A stretch of DNA of 64,000 nucleotides from an uncultured Lachnospiraceae bacterium (GTDB lineage Bacteria; Bacillota; Clostridia; Lachnospirales; Lachnospiraceae), in assembly GCA_947591245.1 (NCBI GenBank), contig CANQCY010000002.1, forward strand, positions 36,911 through 100,910, written 5' to 3'. Below are positions 37,771-47,418 of the stretch, one piece after another (the stretch's first letter is position 1; each line of letters starts with the position of its first letter). The notes under the pieces were generated by a model. It was not told the origin of the DNA. It did no database searches and saw nothing but the letters and a program-made list of their open reading frames with translations. The position numbers and the translations under genes are program-made.

Positions 37771-37917
37771 TTGCGGGCATCTCTGCATCGGGGCGGAAAA
37801 AGACCGCGTCCGACGGCAGAAAGGCGTGAAAGAACGGGGCTGCTTTATCGGCAGGCCGGCCTATCTATTTTGGGGGAAAGAGGAGCCTTCCGGTTGCGGA
37901 TAGCGATCCGCCCGTAA
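37771..37917. other. GC-rich multi-hairpin intergenic element, candidate structured RNA
   Basis: Ends TTGCGGGC / GCCCGTAA can pair and enclose several internal stems. Confidence 0.3.
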
Positions 37918-37935
37918 TCCGCGCCAATCTTCCCG

Positions 37936-39123
37936 TCATAATAGAGCCACCGTCTCCCGGGCGATCGCCAGCTCCTCATTCGTCGGCACAACCATGACTT
38001 TCACCCTGCTGCCGGCAGCGGAAACCACTTTCTCCACACCGCGCACGGCATTTTCTTCTTTGTCGATCTCTACGCCGAGATAGCCGAGATAACTGCATAT
38101 ATATTCGCGCATAATATGGTTATTCTCTCCCAATCCGGCAGTAAAAGCGATCGCATCCACGCCATTCATCGCCGCTGCATATGCGCCGATATATTTCGCT
38201 ACGCGGTATCCGAACACATCCTGCGCCATCTGGGCTTTCTCGTTTCCCTCGGCGGCCGCCGCCTCCAGATCGCGGAAATCACTTGACACGCCGGACAATC
38301 CATATACTCCCGATTCTTTATTCAAAAGCGTCATAATCTCTTCCAGCGTCTTGTCCATCGCATGCGCAAGATATTCAATAATCGCCGGGTCAATATCGCC
38401 GCTTCTCGTTCCCATGACCAGTCCTTCCAACGGCGTCAGGCCCATGCTCGTATCCACGGATTTGCCGTTCTTCACGGCAGATATGCTTGCGCCGTTTCCA
38501 AGATGGCAGACAATTACTTTGGAATTTTCGGGATCGAGTCCCAAAAGCTCTATTACGCGTTTTGACACAAAACTGTGGCTCGTGCCGTGGAAGCCGTAAC
38601 GGCGCACCTTATATTTTTCATAGCATTCATACGGAAGTCCGTACATAAACGCCACCGGATCCATCGTCTGATGAAACGCCGTGTCAAAAACAGCCGTATT
38701 CGGCACGCCCGGCATGATCGCCTGGCAAGCGCGTATTCCGATCAGATTAGCCGGATTATGTAGCGGCGCTAACGGATTGCACTCTTCGATCGCCGCCATC
38801 ACCGCATCATCAATAATCACTGAGGATGCAAATTTTTCACCGCCATGCACAACACGGTGCCCGATCGCATCAATCTCGGATAAATCCTTAATAACGCCGG
38901 ACTGTGCATCGGTAAGCTCATCCAATACCATTTTTACCGCCACCTCATGATCCGGCATGTCCTTCTCTATAACTACCTTCTCGCCCCCCGCCGGCGTATG
39001 GTTCAGCCTTCCATCTATTCCAATCCGCTCACAAAGCCCTACCGCCAGCGCTTCCTCTGTTTCCGAGTCAATCAGCTGATACTTAAGGGACGAACTACCG
39101 CAATTAATCACCAATACTTTCAT
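37936..39123 (-). CDS. ackA: Acetate kinase
   Basis: [41 protein letters not shown] and PTNEE motifs. Confidence 0.97.
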   Translation of the reverse strand: MKVLVINCGSSSLKYQLIDSETEEALAVGLCERIGIDGRLNHTPAGGEKVVIEKDMPDHEVAVKMVLDELTDAQSGVIKDLSEIDAIGHRVVHGGEKFASSVIIDDAVMAAIEECNPLAPLHNPANLIGIRACQAIMPGVPNTAVFDTAFHQTMDPVAFMYGLPYECYEKYKVRRYGFHGTSHSFVSKRVIELLGLDPENSKVIVCHLGNGASISAVKNGKSVDTSMGLTPLEGLVMGTRSGDIDPAIIEYLAHAMDKTLEEIMTLLNKESGVYGLSGVSSDFRDLEAAAAEGNEKAQMAQDVFGYRVAKYIGAYAAAMNGVDAIAFTAGLGENNHIMREYICSYLGYLGVEIDKEENAVRGVEKVVSAAGSRVKVMVVPTNEELAIARETVALL

Positions 39124-39129
39124 TTTTTC

Positions 39130-39154
39130 CTCCATTCCGCCGCGCAAACGGCAC
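39130..39154 (-). repeat. 25-nt hairpin+RBS element, copy 2 (upstream of ackA)
   Basis: mRNA GTGCCGTTTGCGCGGCGGAATGGAG; 24/25 identical to 18095-18119. Confidence 0.8.
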
Positions 39155-39195
39155 AAACAATACATAGCTTATTGTTTAAATTTTTATACGAAAAT

Positions 39196-39224
39196 ATTAT
39201 ACAACTGCGGATTTGAAATTTCAA
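39196..39224 (-). promoter_or_regulatory. Sigma-A promoter for ackA, with a palindrome over the -35 box
   Basis: TTGAAA-17 bp-TATAAT; TTGAAATTTCAA palindrome at 39213-39224. Confidence 0.75.
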
Positions 39225-39346
39225 CCCTTAAACGGTGGGAAACGCGCTTTGCTCTGGCGTCATTTTGTTTCTGTTATAAAAAACCCCGATCGGTCCCGGG
39301 CCGGTATGAATGCCAATCGCCGGATCCGGCAATACCTATTTTATCT

Positions 39347-39375
39347 GCATATCGGCGATGATTTATTCATACCTT
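39347..39375 (+). promoter_or_regulatory. Sigma-E-type promoter for ylbJ
   Basis: GCATATC-14 bp-CATACCTT resembles the mother-cell sigma-E consensus. Confidence 0.55.
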
Positions 39376-39428
39376 TTATAAATATGCCTGTGAATCGCGT
39401 TACTATTCACAGCCTCTGGAGGACTGAA

Positions 39429-40298
39429 ATGCTGCCGCTCTTTTTTATCCTGCTCTTTATTCTTCTGCTGTTTCCGGAGACTGCCGCCGCCGGAAGCAAA
39501 AGCGGTCTGATTCTGTGGGCGACCGTTCTCGTTCCCTCCCTTCTGCCTTTCTCCATACTCACATCCCTTATACGGCGGTACATGGCGGGAAAGCCTTATC
39601 ACTATCTCCTGCTTGCCGCCGGCATCCTGTCGGGCTATCCGATCGGCGCCAAAATAGCCGGAGAGCTTTATCTTGACGGCTCCCTGACATACAAAAAAGC
39701 TCTATTTTTCGCCGGTTTTGCAAATAACCCAAGCCCGATGTTTGTCCTCTTTTTTGTCGGCGGAAACGCGCTGCATCTTGCTTCCGGAAAATATCTGTTT
39801 TACGGCCTCGTACTGCTCTCCTCCTTTCTCGGAAGCCTGTGTTTCACCCTGTCCGTCCCGCGGGCGCCGCGCCATTCGGACAAACGCCCCTGTCCCAAGA
39901 CAGCGTCCGGCAAGCAGCTTCCCTTTTCCAAAATCATTGATGCGGAAATCTCTGACAGCGCGCTTCTCCTGATTAAAATCGGAGGCTATATTATGCTTTT
40001 TTCCATTCTCGCCTCCCTGATGAGAGAGCTTCCCCTCATTCCGTATTATGCAAAGCTCTTTTTAGGCAATATTCTGGAAATCACGACGGGAAATGCAATG
40101 ATGTCGGAGGCCCCCCTCCCTCACAACATAAAAATAATCCTGTCCCTTGCCGCCACCTCTTTCGGCGGACTGTCAGCGGCAGCCCAGACGAACAGTGTTC
40201 TGCAAAATACAGGATTATCCCTTTTCCATTACCTGATTATGAAGTTTTTAGGAGGGCTTTTCGCCCTGCTTCTCGGCTTCCTCTTCTTTATGGCATAA
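39429..40298 (+). CDS. ylbJ: Sporulation integral membrane protein YlbJ (SpoVV)-like
   Basis: GLILW...PSLLPF, SGYPIGAK, NNPSPMF, IGGYIMLFS, LEITTG and SFGGLS...Q motifs; RBS GGAGG before ATG 39429. Confidence 0.8.
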   Translation: MLPLFFILLFILLLFPETAAAGSKSGLILWATVLVPSLLPFSILTSLIRRYMAGKPYHYLLLAAGILSGYPIGAKIAGELYLDGSLTYKKALFFAGFANNPSPMFVLFFVGGNALHLASGKYLFYGLVLLSSFLGSLCFTLSVPRAPRHSDKRPCPKTASGKQLPFSKIIDAEISDSALLLIKIGGYIMLFSILASLMRELPLIPYYAKLFLGNILEITTGNAMMSEAPLPHNIKIILSLAATSFGGLSAAAQTNSVLQNTGLSLFHYLIMKFLGGLFALLLGFLFFMA

Positions 40299-40375
40299 GC
40301 AAAAAACATCTCAACGCCATTATGCGGATGCGCCGGGGCTGATGCAATATGCCTGTCCTGTTCTGTCCGCTCCGG

Positions 40376-40990
40376 TCAGGAAGCGGATCCCTCGGTCACG
40401 GACGAAGATTCGCTCTGGCTTTCCTGATCTGCGGGAAGCTTGCCCTCGATCTGGTCCTTCAATTCTGCACGGTTATTTTTTATCACTTCAATATCTTTCT
40501 TCAAAACACTGATAAGCATGGATGATTTGCTTTCAATGTCTTTTAGCGACGTCTCTATATTTCTGCCCGCCTCACCCAAAAGATCGCTTGTATAATACAG
40601 TGCGGAGGTTCGAACCTGATCGCTTTCGCCCACCGCCTGAGCCAATATGCTCTGCGCCTTCTCCTGCGCCTGATTCATGATTTTTTCCGCCTCTGCATAA
40701 GCCGACTGCACGATCTCATTCTGATCAAGAAGCTGTGCCGTCTGTTCCTGCGCCTGATCCATGATCTTCTTCGCCTGCGCCTGCGCTTCACCCAGTATCT
40801 GTTCACGGTTATTGATAATCTTTTGATACCTCTTGATCTCTTCCGGCGCGCACATGCGGAGCGCATCCAACAGATCATAGAGCTCGTCCTTGGAAACAGT
40901 AACCTTGTTCGGATACAGCTTTGAAGGCTTGCAATTCTCCACATATTCGTAAATCTCGTCAATCGCCTTTTCGATTCTTGATGGGTTCAT
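40376..40990 (-). CDS. Conserved coiled-coil protein (DivIVA/ATP-synthase-b-like), usually found after rsmD-coaD
   Basis: PEEIKRYQKII...A..I..QA heptad repeats; conserved clostridial position. Confidence 0.7.
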   Translation of the reverse strand: MNPSRIEKAIDEIYEYVENCKPSKLYPNKVTVSKDELYDLLDALRMCAPEEIKRYQKIINNREQILGEAQAQAKKIMDQAQEQTAQLLDQNEIVQSAYAEAEKIMNQAQEKAQSILAQAVGESDQVRTSALYYTSDLLGEAGRNIETSLKDIESKSSMLISVLKKDIEVIKNNRAELKDQIEGKLPADQESQSESSSVTEGSAS

Positions 40991-41011
40991 AAATTATACC
41001 TTTTCCTTTCA

Positions 41012-41578
41012 TTAATCGTCACAAATATCCCTTAAGCGTAAAAAAACGTGCTTATTTGTCTTATATTCCTTTACCCTTTCCACACAGAATGCCTGATTTA
41101 TGTCATCAAATGCCGTCCCAAGCGCTGTCTCAATAATAATCCGCGTATCCTCTTTTACAATGCCTGATCGGGCAAGCATATCCAGAAGCTTCGCCTCAAA
41201 TTGTTTGTTATATGGCGGATCCGCATATATAATATCAAACTGCCGCCCCATTTTATCCAATTTTGATATCGCATACGACGCTTCGACCGGAAGCACGACG
41301 GCTTCCTCTGTCAAGCGCGTTTTCTCCAAATTCGCCCGGATGCACTTCAACGGTTCTTTTCCAAATTCAACAAGGTACGCTTTTTCCGCTCCCCTGCTGA
41401 GCGCCTCGATCCCGATCGCGCCACTGCCGCTGAACAAGTCGAGAAACATGCTGCCCGGCACGTCATCCTGAATAATATTAAACAGCGTCTCCTTGATTCG
41501 GTCTGTCGTGGGGCGCGTATCCTTTCCCTCCGGAGCAATTAATGGCAGCCGTCTGGCTTTTCCGGCAATCACACGCAT
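41012..41578 (-). CDS. rsmD: 16S rRNA (G966-N2) methyltransferase
   Basis: MRVIAG, TRPTTDRIKETLFN, LDLFSGSG, EALSRGA and DPPY motifs. Confidence 0.95.
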   Translation of the reverse strand: MRVIAGKARRLPLIAPEGKDTRPTTDRIKETLFNIIQDDVPGSMFLDLFSGSGAIGIEALSRGAEKAYLVEFGKEPLKCIRANLEKTRLTEEAVVLPVEASYAISKLDKMGRQFDIIYADPPYNKQFEAKLLDMLARSGIVKEDTRIIIETALGTAFDDINQAFCVERVKEYKTNKHVFLRLRDICDD

Positions 41579-41629
41579 GACGTCCCCCTCACTTTCACTA
41601 GCAATGCAGCTTTTATTCGCGCTGATCCC

Positions 41630-41658
41630 ATTATAAACGAAAACAAGCTTTTTTTCAA
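41630..41658 (-). promoter_or_regulatory. Sigma-A promoter for rsmD
   Basis: TTGAAA-17 bp-TATAAT. Confidence 0.75.
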
Positions 41659-41680
41659 GAAAAACTTTGCCTGATCGGCG

Positions 41681-42355
41681 CTACTCCCTCTCGGCAATCT
41701 CGCCCTGTCTTTTATAAATACTGGAGCCCGGCACATATCCGCGCACGGATGAAAGCGGATACACATTTGTGTAACTGCCGATGACCGTTCCCGGATTTAA
41801 GATGCTGCCGCATCCGATCTCGACATAAGATCCAAGCGCCGCCCCCATTTTCTTGAGCCCGGTCTTAACCTTTTCCTCTCCGCAGCGGATTTCGACCAGC
41901 GTCTTATCCGATTTCACATTTGACGTAATGGAACCGGCTCCCATATGGGATTTGTAACCGAGAATCGAATCTCCTACGTAGTTGTAGTGCGGAACCTGTA
42001 CGCCGTCAAACAAAATTACATTTTTCAGCTCCGTGGAATTTCCCACGACGGCATTTTTTCCGACAATCGCATTTCCGCGTATAAACGCGCAATGTCTGAT
42101 CTCAGCCCCCTCATCTATAATAGCCGGACCCTGAATAGATGCGCTCGGCGCCACCGCAGCGCTTTTGGCGATCCATATATTGTCCCCTTTCTTATCAAAC
42201 AGCTCCTCGGAAAGAGTCTCTCCGAATTTCAAAATATACTCGCCAATATTCGGGAGTACCTCATATGGATACTGATACCACGTGATCAATTCCCATGCAA
42301 TCGTGTGTTCATCCGCAAAGATTTCTTTATTAGTCAATTCCTTAATCGTTTTCAT
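41681..42355 (-). CDS. Stand-alone left-handed beta-helix acetyltransferase, GlmU C-terminal-like
   Basis: Hexapeptide repeats; ELKN, PHYNYVGDSILG and GAGSITSN motifs; no nucleotidyltransferase domain. Confidence 0.8.
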   Translation of the reverse strand: MKTIKELTNKEIFADEHTIAWELITWYQYPYEVLPNIGEYILKFGETLSEELFDKKGDNIWIAKSAAVAPSASIQGPAIIDEGAEIRHCAFIRGNAIVGKNAVVGNSTELKNVILFDGVQVPHYNYVGDSILGYKSHMGAGSITSNVKSDKTLVEIRCGEEKVKTGLKKMGAALGSYVEIGCGSILNPGTVIGSYTNVYPLSSVRGYVPGSSIYKRQGEIAERE

Positions 42356-42435
42356 TTTTTTCCCTCCATTCTGCTTCTATAATCTCTCGCAATCTTTAAG
42401 AATCCATCGGAAAATGCGGCGCTTCGCAGTGTAGA

Positions 42436-44547
42436 TCATTTCTTGTCCTTCTTTTCGCCATAATATGCCTTCGCTTTATTATAATACGCGCGCAGCTGCC
42501 CGATATTGTTTGTCTCTTTCACTTTTCCGACCTGTGCGCTCACAAATCCTGTGAGCTTGCCCATATATTCCTGCTCGCTGATCTCCCCTTCCGATACGCC
42601 GCTCAGTCCCTTCTCCCAGCTCGCCGTGAGTTTCGGACTAAGCATGGCGGGGATCGAATACCTCACGATACCGCACACAAGCTCGCCTTTTAGCGTGGGC
42701 GTGATCACCTGCGTCTTTTTGTTGAGGTTCAAATACGAAATATTGAACAATTTCTTCAATATCTCCGCACGGGTTGCGCTTGTACCTATGCCGCTCCCTT
42801 TAATCATTGCGCGGAGTTCCTCATCCTCGATCAGCTGTCCGGCATTTTCCATCGCCAAAATCATGGAACCGGAATTGTAACGCTTGGGAGGGGACGTCTC
42901 GCCCTCCTTGATATTTATTGCATTAACGCGGCATGTCGTTCCTTTTTTCAAATACGGGAGAATCCTTCTCAACTCTTCCGCACCCGCGGCCTCCTCATCT
43001 TCCCCTTTGCCGGAGCCGCTCTCATTTTCACTTTCGGCCTGTCCGACGGCCTCCGCCTTTTTTTTATGCGTGAAGGAGTATTCCGTCACCGGCAAAAACC
43101 CGTCCTCCACCAGTATTTTCGCCGATGTATAAAATTTCTCCCGGTACAAAGCATCCTGAGACGGATTCTCCATCGCCAGCACGACATTGATTTTCTCATA
43201 GACTGCCGGCGGAAAAAAAATACTCAAAAACCGCCTCACAATCACCTCATACATTTTTACCGCAACCGGCTGCAGCGACCGGAGTGCCGGCATCCCCTGC
43301 CCGGTCGGAATAATCGCATAGTGGTCCGTTATCTTGCTGTCATCCGCATAACGGGTCTTCTCCAGTTTTTCATAGCTTTTCATCTTTGCGATTTCCCGCA
43401 CATACGGAAGCGCCACGTCATAATCCTGCAATCCCTTGAGCTGTTTCGTAATCTCTTTCGCCACTGCGCTGCTCAGCACCCTCGCATCCGTTCGCGGGTA
43501 GGTGACAAGCTTCTTTTCATACAACTCCTGAACCACCTGAAGCGTCTCATCCGGACTGATCTTAAAAAGCTTTGACGATAAATTCTGCAGCTCCGCCAGA
43601 TTGAATAAGAGGGGCGGATTTTTTTTCTCCTTCCTCTTCTGGATGGATTCGACCGCGGCGCGGCCTCTTCCATCCGCCATAAGCTCTGTGCGCAATGCCT
43701 TCGCCGTCTGTTCATCCCGAAAGCCATTTTCCTTATACAGTTTCGGCGACTGAAAATAATGCGACTCCCCGCATGCGCGCCACTCTCCGTCAAAGCGGGC
43801 GGAAGTTTTTTCCCCGTCCGCCCCGCCATCCTCGGGCGAAAATGAACCCAATATGCGGTAAAACGGCGTTTTCACAAATTTTCGTATCTCCCATTCCCTC
43901 GTCACCACCATGCCGAGCACGCATGTCATCACCCTGCCGACCGACACAGGCGTCCATTTTTTTCCTTCCACGCTCTCATTGAGCCAGCCGCCGTATTTTA
44001 GCGAAAGCGCGCGCGAAAAATTGATGCCCATCAAATAATCCTCTTTCGCCCGCAAATATGCCGATGCGCTCAAATTATCATAGGCGGACAGCGGTTTTGC
44101 CTCCCGGATTCCGCGCAATATCTCATCCTCCGTCTGGGAATCAATCCAGACGCGGTATTTCTTCTTTTCGGGCGGTACCTGCGCCATCTGGTCTACAAGC
44201 CGGTATATATACTCGCCCTCCCGTCCTGAGTCGGTACAGACATAGATCGTCTCGACATCCTTTCGCGTCAGGAGAAATTTCACCGTATCAAACTGCTTCT
44301 TCACATTACGGATCACCTCATAACGGAACGCCTCCGGCAGAAACGGAAGCGTATCAAACGCCCATTTCGCATACGCCGAATCGTATGCATCGGGGTAACT
44401 CATCGTCACAAGATGCCCGACGCACCACGTCACAATGTCATTCTGCGATTCAATGAAACCGTCGCCCCGTTTCCCGTTCACCTTCAGCGCCTTGGCAAAC
44501 TCCTGCGCCACACTTGGCTTTTCCGCAATAAATACCCTCTTCCCCAT
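42436..44547 (-). CDS. topB: DNA topoisomerase III (type IA)
   Basis: IAEKPSVA, WCVGHL, DSGREGE, VGRV, TYPRTD, HYAIIPT and GIGTSATR motifs. Confidence 0.9.
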   Translation of the reverse strand: MGKRVFIAEKPSVAQEFAKALKVNGKRGDGFIESQNDIVTWCVGHLVTMSYPDAYDSAYAKWAFDTLPFLPEAFRYEVIRNVKKQFDTVKFLLTRKDVETIYVCTDSGREGEYIYRLVDQMAQVPPEKKKYRVWIDSQTEDEILRGIREAKPLSAYDNLSASAYLRAKEDYLMGINFSRALSLKYGGWLNESVEGKKWTPVSVGRVMTCVLGMVVTREWEIRKFVKTPFYRILGSFSPEDGGADGEKTSARFDGEWRACGESHYFQSPKLYKENGFRDEQTAKALRTELMADGRGRAAVESIQKRKEKKNPPLLFNLAELQNLSSKLFKISPDETLQVVQELYEKKLVTYPRTDARVLSSAVAKEITKQLKGLQDYDVALPYVREIAKMKSYEKLEKTRYADDSKITDHYAIIPTGQGMPALRSLQPVAVKMYEVIVRRFLSIFFPPAVYEKINVVLAMENPSQDALYREKFYTSAKILVEDGFLPVTEYSFTHKKKAEAVGQAESENESGSGKGEDEEAAGAEELRRILPYLKKGTTCRVNAINIKEGETSPPKRYNSGSMILAMENAGQLIEDEELRAMIKGSGIGTSATRAEILKKLFNISYLNLNKKTQVITPTLKGELVCGIVRYSIPAMLSPKLTASWEKGLSGVSEGEISEQEYMGKLTGFVSAQVGKVKETNNIGQLRAYYNKAKAYYGEKKDKK

Positions 44548-44551
44548 ATAG

Positions 44552-45193
44552 TCAATATCCTAATTCTTCTGCCACGAGCACTACTTTAATCCGGTTTTTT
44601 ACGCCGCTTCTCCTCGTGATTACAAATTGTGAACAGATACAGTCGTCGCCAAAACAATCCCCACACCGTCCGGTTTTCGCACACGGCGTATTTTTGCCAA
44701 GGCGCACCGTATTTGGCGGGGAAGCGATATCGCGAACCCTTCTGACGCCATCCTCCACACTGCTCACTACTTTATTCATTCCCGCAAGAATGATTACCGA
44801 TTCCGGGCCGTAGCAGAGAAAGGATACCCGGTTCGCGTAGCCGTCAATATTCACCAGCTCGCCATCCAGCGTAATCGCATTTGTGCTCATTAGGAAATAA
44901 TCGCTGTTGATCATATTCGCCTTCATCTGCCGCATCTCTTCCGGCGTTTTTGCCGCCGCGCGGTCATAAACGACGCATCCGCTCTCTTGCAGCGCATCCA
45001 TCAGCCCCGATTCCTTCAGCGACATGGAACCGCCAAAACTGACTCTCTTTCCCTTTGTCAGGAATTTCTCCATAATCAATTTCACAGCCTCTTCCTTTGT
45101 ATCCGCAAAATATCCTTCCATATTCCGCTTTTCCAGATTTTTGATAATTGTCTCCGCCTGATTTCTTCTTGCCTGAAGCTTATGCTCATTCAT
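44552..45193 (-). CDS. LUD-domain (lactate utilization, YkgG/LutC-like) protein with Cys cluster
   Basis: GGSMSL, STNAITLDGELVNIDG.ANRV, GMNK and PCAKTGRCGDC...CIC motifs. Confidence 0.8.
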   Translation of the reverse strand: MNEHKLQARRNQAETIIKNLEKRNMEGYFADTKEEAVKLIMEKFLTKGKRVSFGGSMSLKESGLMDALQESGCVVYDRAAAKTPEEMRQMKANMINSDYFLMSTNAITLDGELVNIDGYANRVSFLCYGPESVIILAGMNKVVSSVEDGVRRVRDIASPPNTVRLGKNTPCAKTGRCGDCFGDDCICSQFVITRRSGVKNRIKVVLVAEELGY

Positions 45194-45197
45194 ATCC

Positions 45198-47399
45198 TTA
45201 CCTCCTGTTTTTTGCGCTCTCTGCGCAGAATTCCCGTTTGCAAATGATCTTAACCATATCGCATCTCATAAGTTTTTTCCACTGTTTCTTTTCAACATGT
45301 TCTTCTATGTTGCGAATCAACTCATCCAGATAGCCCATGCATTGTTCATACTCCTGTTCGCTTATGCCATGCCTTCCAAAGCGGCTCTCATATACGCACA
45401 GCACATAACGGCGGATTTTTTCCCGCAAAGCCAGTTCTTGTTCCCGCGTCTGCACAGGCAAATAGTATGCCTTCGTCCTGTCAAATATTTTCTCTCCGCA
45501 TTTTCCGCTGTCGAGATAATCCCACGGAGCAGATAGCGCGTTCCAAAACGCCATAAGCCCGTCATTGGCGCACAAAAGACGGTCTGCATACGCTTCGCTC
45601 TCCAGCCCCGCCTTCCACGCGCGGTATTTTCTCTTCCGCCTGAAACGAATCATAAGCAAAACCGCGGCCGCAACCGCAATCGGAACCAAAACGAGGCAAT
45701 ATGCGAATATTCCGACTCCCTGTTTCCATGCCCGCCCCTCGTAAGCCCTATCTGCATCCGATTTTTCTTCCTGATCCTCCACAGGTTCCGCCATCTCATC
45801 ATCCGGTTTTGCCGTCGGCTTGTTTTGGCTGCCCATCGTGCTCTGGGGCGCATTTTGCCGGCTGCTGTTCTGCCTGAGGAGATCCTCGATGCTGCCCGCC
45901 TCAGCATCCGTAACATAAGAAGTGACATCCAGAGGTATCCAGCCCGCGCCATCTGCATAAATCTCAACCCATGAATGCGCATTGTAATCATACACCTCCA
46001 CCTCTTTATCCGTTATCATCCGCTTCCCATCTATCACATACCCCTGCGCCATCCGCGCCGGTATCCCCATAGTCCGGAAAATCATGATAGCGGCAGAGGC
46101 AAAATGGGTACAGTACCCTCTCTTTGACGAAAACATAAACCATTCGATCTCATCCACTCCGTCCTGAAGCGCCCCCGGCTGCAAAGTGTAGGTAAATCCC
46201 TCGCCAAAATACTTCTTTACAATATTAACCGCCTCTCCGACCGTCCGATACTCCTCTCCCTGCAAAACCGTGCTCTGAATCCGCTTTCTAAGCCCCTCGC
46301 GAACCTCTGCTTCCTGAGCCCCATTGTATACCGTATTCGCGCCTACAGGATACTGCATAAGCGCATCGAGCTCATCCTGAGGCGCCGCATACGGAACAAA
46401 CTCTTCCTTGTCGAATACGGATTTTATCTCGATCGTTTTAAGCGGTTCAAAATAATTGCCCCAATCAGAGTCGTAATCGCCGTTGGGGGGATTGCGCCGC
46501 ATATGAGTACCCGCCCATACATTGTTCTTAAATGACCCGCCGATAAACTGGAGCAAAAATAATTGTTCCGCCTCAAATTTTTCATGTGATTTCACGGTTA
46601 ATTCCAGCGTCCCATTGTAGCTGATATCTCCCTCTTCGTTAAACTGCCCGAAATCGATCCTCTGTTTATTCTCATCCTCGTTTTTTTCCGGTCCATCACC
46701 CACGCTCCTTATATTTCCGGCCGCTATAATCTCTTCACGGTAGCTCCAAATGCTCCGGCTCACATCTTCCCATGAAACAAGGCGGCTGACAAGCGCCCCG
46801 ACAACTGCTGTGCAGGCGCAGAGCAAAGCAAATTTACGGATGCTCTCCCCTCTGCTTCCCATGCCCAGAAAGACAATGAGCGCCCCGCTGTAAGCTATGA
46901 CGCACGCCTCATACGGAACACCGTCAGCAATGATGGATAAGGAAAACAGAAAAAATGATGGAAGCGATGTCAGTATGGCGGGACGGCGCGACTCATAAAA
47001 ATACAGGGTAAGGATCGTCACAAACGCCTCGAACTGCCCGATCGCCAACGTCCCCATACCGGCGCCTTCCACTGCCGCTTCGCCCAGATTAATGCCATAA
47101 CAAATTGAAACGCGGTACGAGATATCATTATACAGCATTCCAAAGCCGCCAATGACGCTTTTGTGCAGGAATGCGAGACTCGCAAGAGACAGCGCAAAAG
47201 AAACTGCCATGCTCATAAGCTCCCTTTTATCAAAATTGCGCAACACGGCATGCGATATATAATAAACTGCAAAAATCAGAACAACCGGAATCAAATATGC
47301 CGCTATATTGATATCATCATAACCTAACCCGCTCGACAGGCTGATTCCACTGCACCATAGCATGGCGAGAAGCGGAATCAATTGTACTCGCTTTAACAT
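45198..47399 (-). CDS. Membrane protein with transglutaminase-like domain
   Basis: N-terminal TMs; GYCTHFASA, GIPARMAQGY, AHSWVE and GWIPLD Cys-His-Asp triad. Confidence 0.88.
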   Translation of the reverse strand: MLKRVQLIPLLAMLWCSGISLSSGLGYDDINIAAYLIPVVLIFAVYYISHAVLRNFDKRELMSMAVSFALSLASLAFLHKSVIGGFGMLYNDISYRVSICYGINLGEAAVEGAGMGTLAIGQFEAFVTILTLYFYESRRPAILTSLPSFFLFSLSIIADGVPYEACVIAYSGALIVFLGMGSRGESIRKFALLCACTAVVGALVSRLVSWEDVSRSIWSYREEIIAAGNIRSVGDGPEKNEDENKQRIDFGQFNEEGDISYNGTLELTVKSHEKFEAEQLFLLQFIGGSFKNNVWAGTHMRRNPPNGDYDSDWGNYFEPLKTIEIKSVFDKEEFVPYAAPQDELDALMQYPVGANTVYNGAQEAEVREGLRKRIQSTVLQGEEYRTVGEAVNIVKKYFGEGFTYTLQPGALQDGVDEIEWFMFSSKRGYCTHFASAAIMIFRTMGIPARMAQGYVIDGKRMITDKEVEVYDYNAHSWVEIYADGAGWIPLDVTSYVTDAEAGSIEDLLRQNSSRQNAPQSTMGSQNKPTAKPDDEMAEPVEDQEEKSDADRAYEGRAWKQGVGIFAYCLVLVPIAVAAAVLLMIRFRRKRKYRAWKAGLESEAYADRLLCANDGLMAFWNALSAPWDYLDSGKCGEKIFDRTKAYYLPVQTREQELALREKIRRYVLCVYESRFGRHGISEQEYEQCMGYLDELIRNIEEHVEKKQWKKLMRCDMVKIICKREFCAESAKNRR

Positions 47400-47418
47400 A
47401 AATCCCCCTTTTTAAACA

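Noticed and set aside
37664-37903. 79-aa plus-strand ORF in the Ig-gene/ackA gap
   Set aside because: No RBS, runs across a consensus promoter, and has no recognisable features.
39172-39189. Rex-like operator in the ackA leader
   Set aside because: Three mismatches to TTGTNAA-N4-TTNACAA in AT-rich DNA; too weak to call.
42436-44547. topB as a marker of a conjugative element
   Set aside because: No relaxase, T4SS or integrase nearby; embedded among chromosomal genes.
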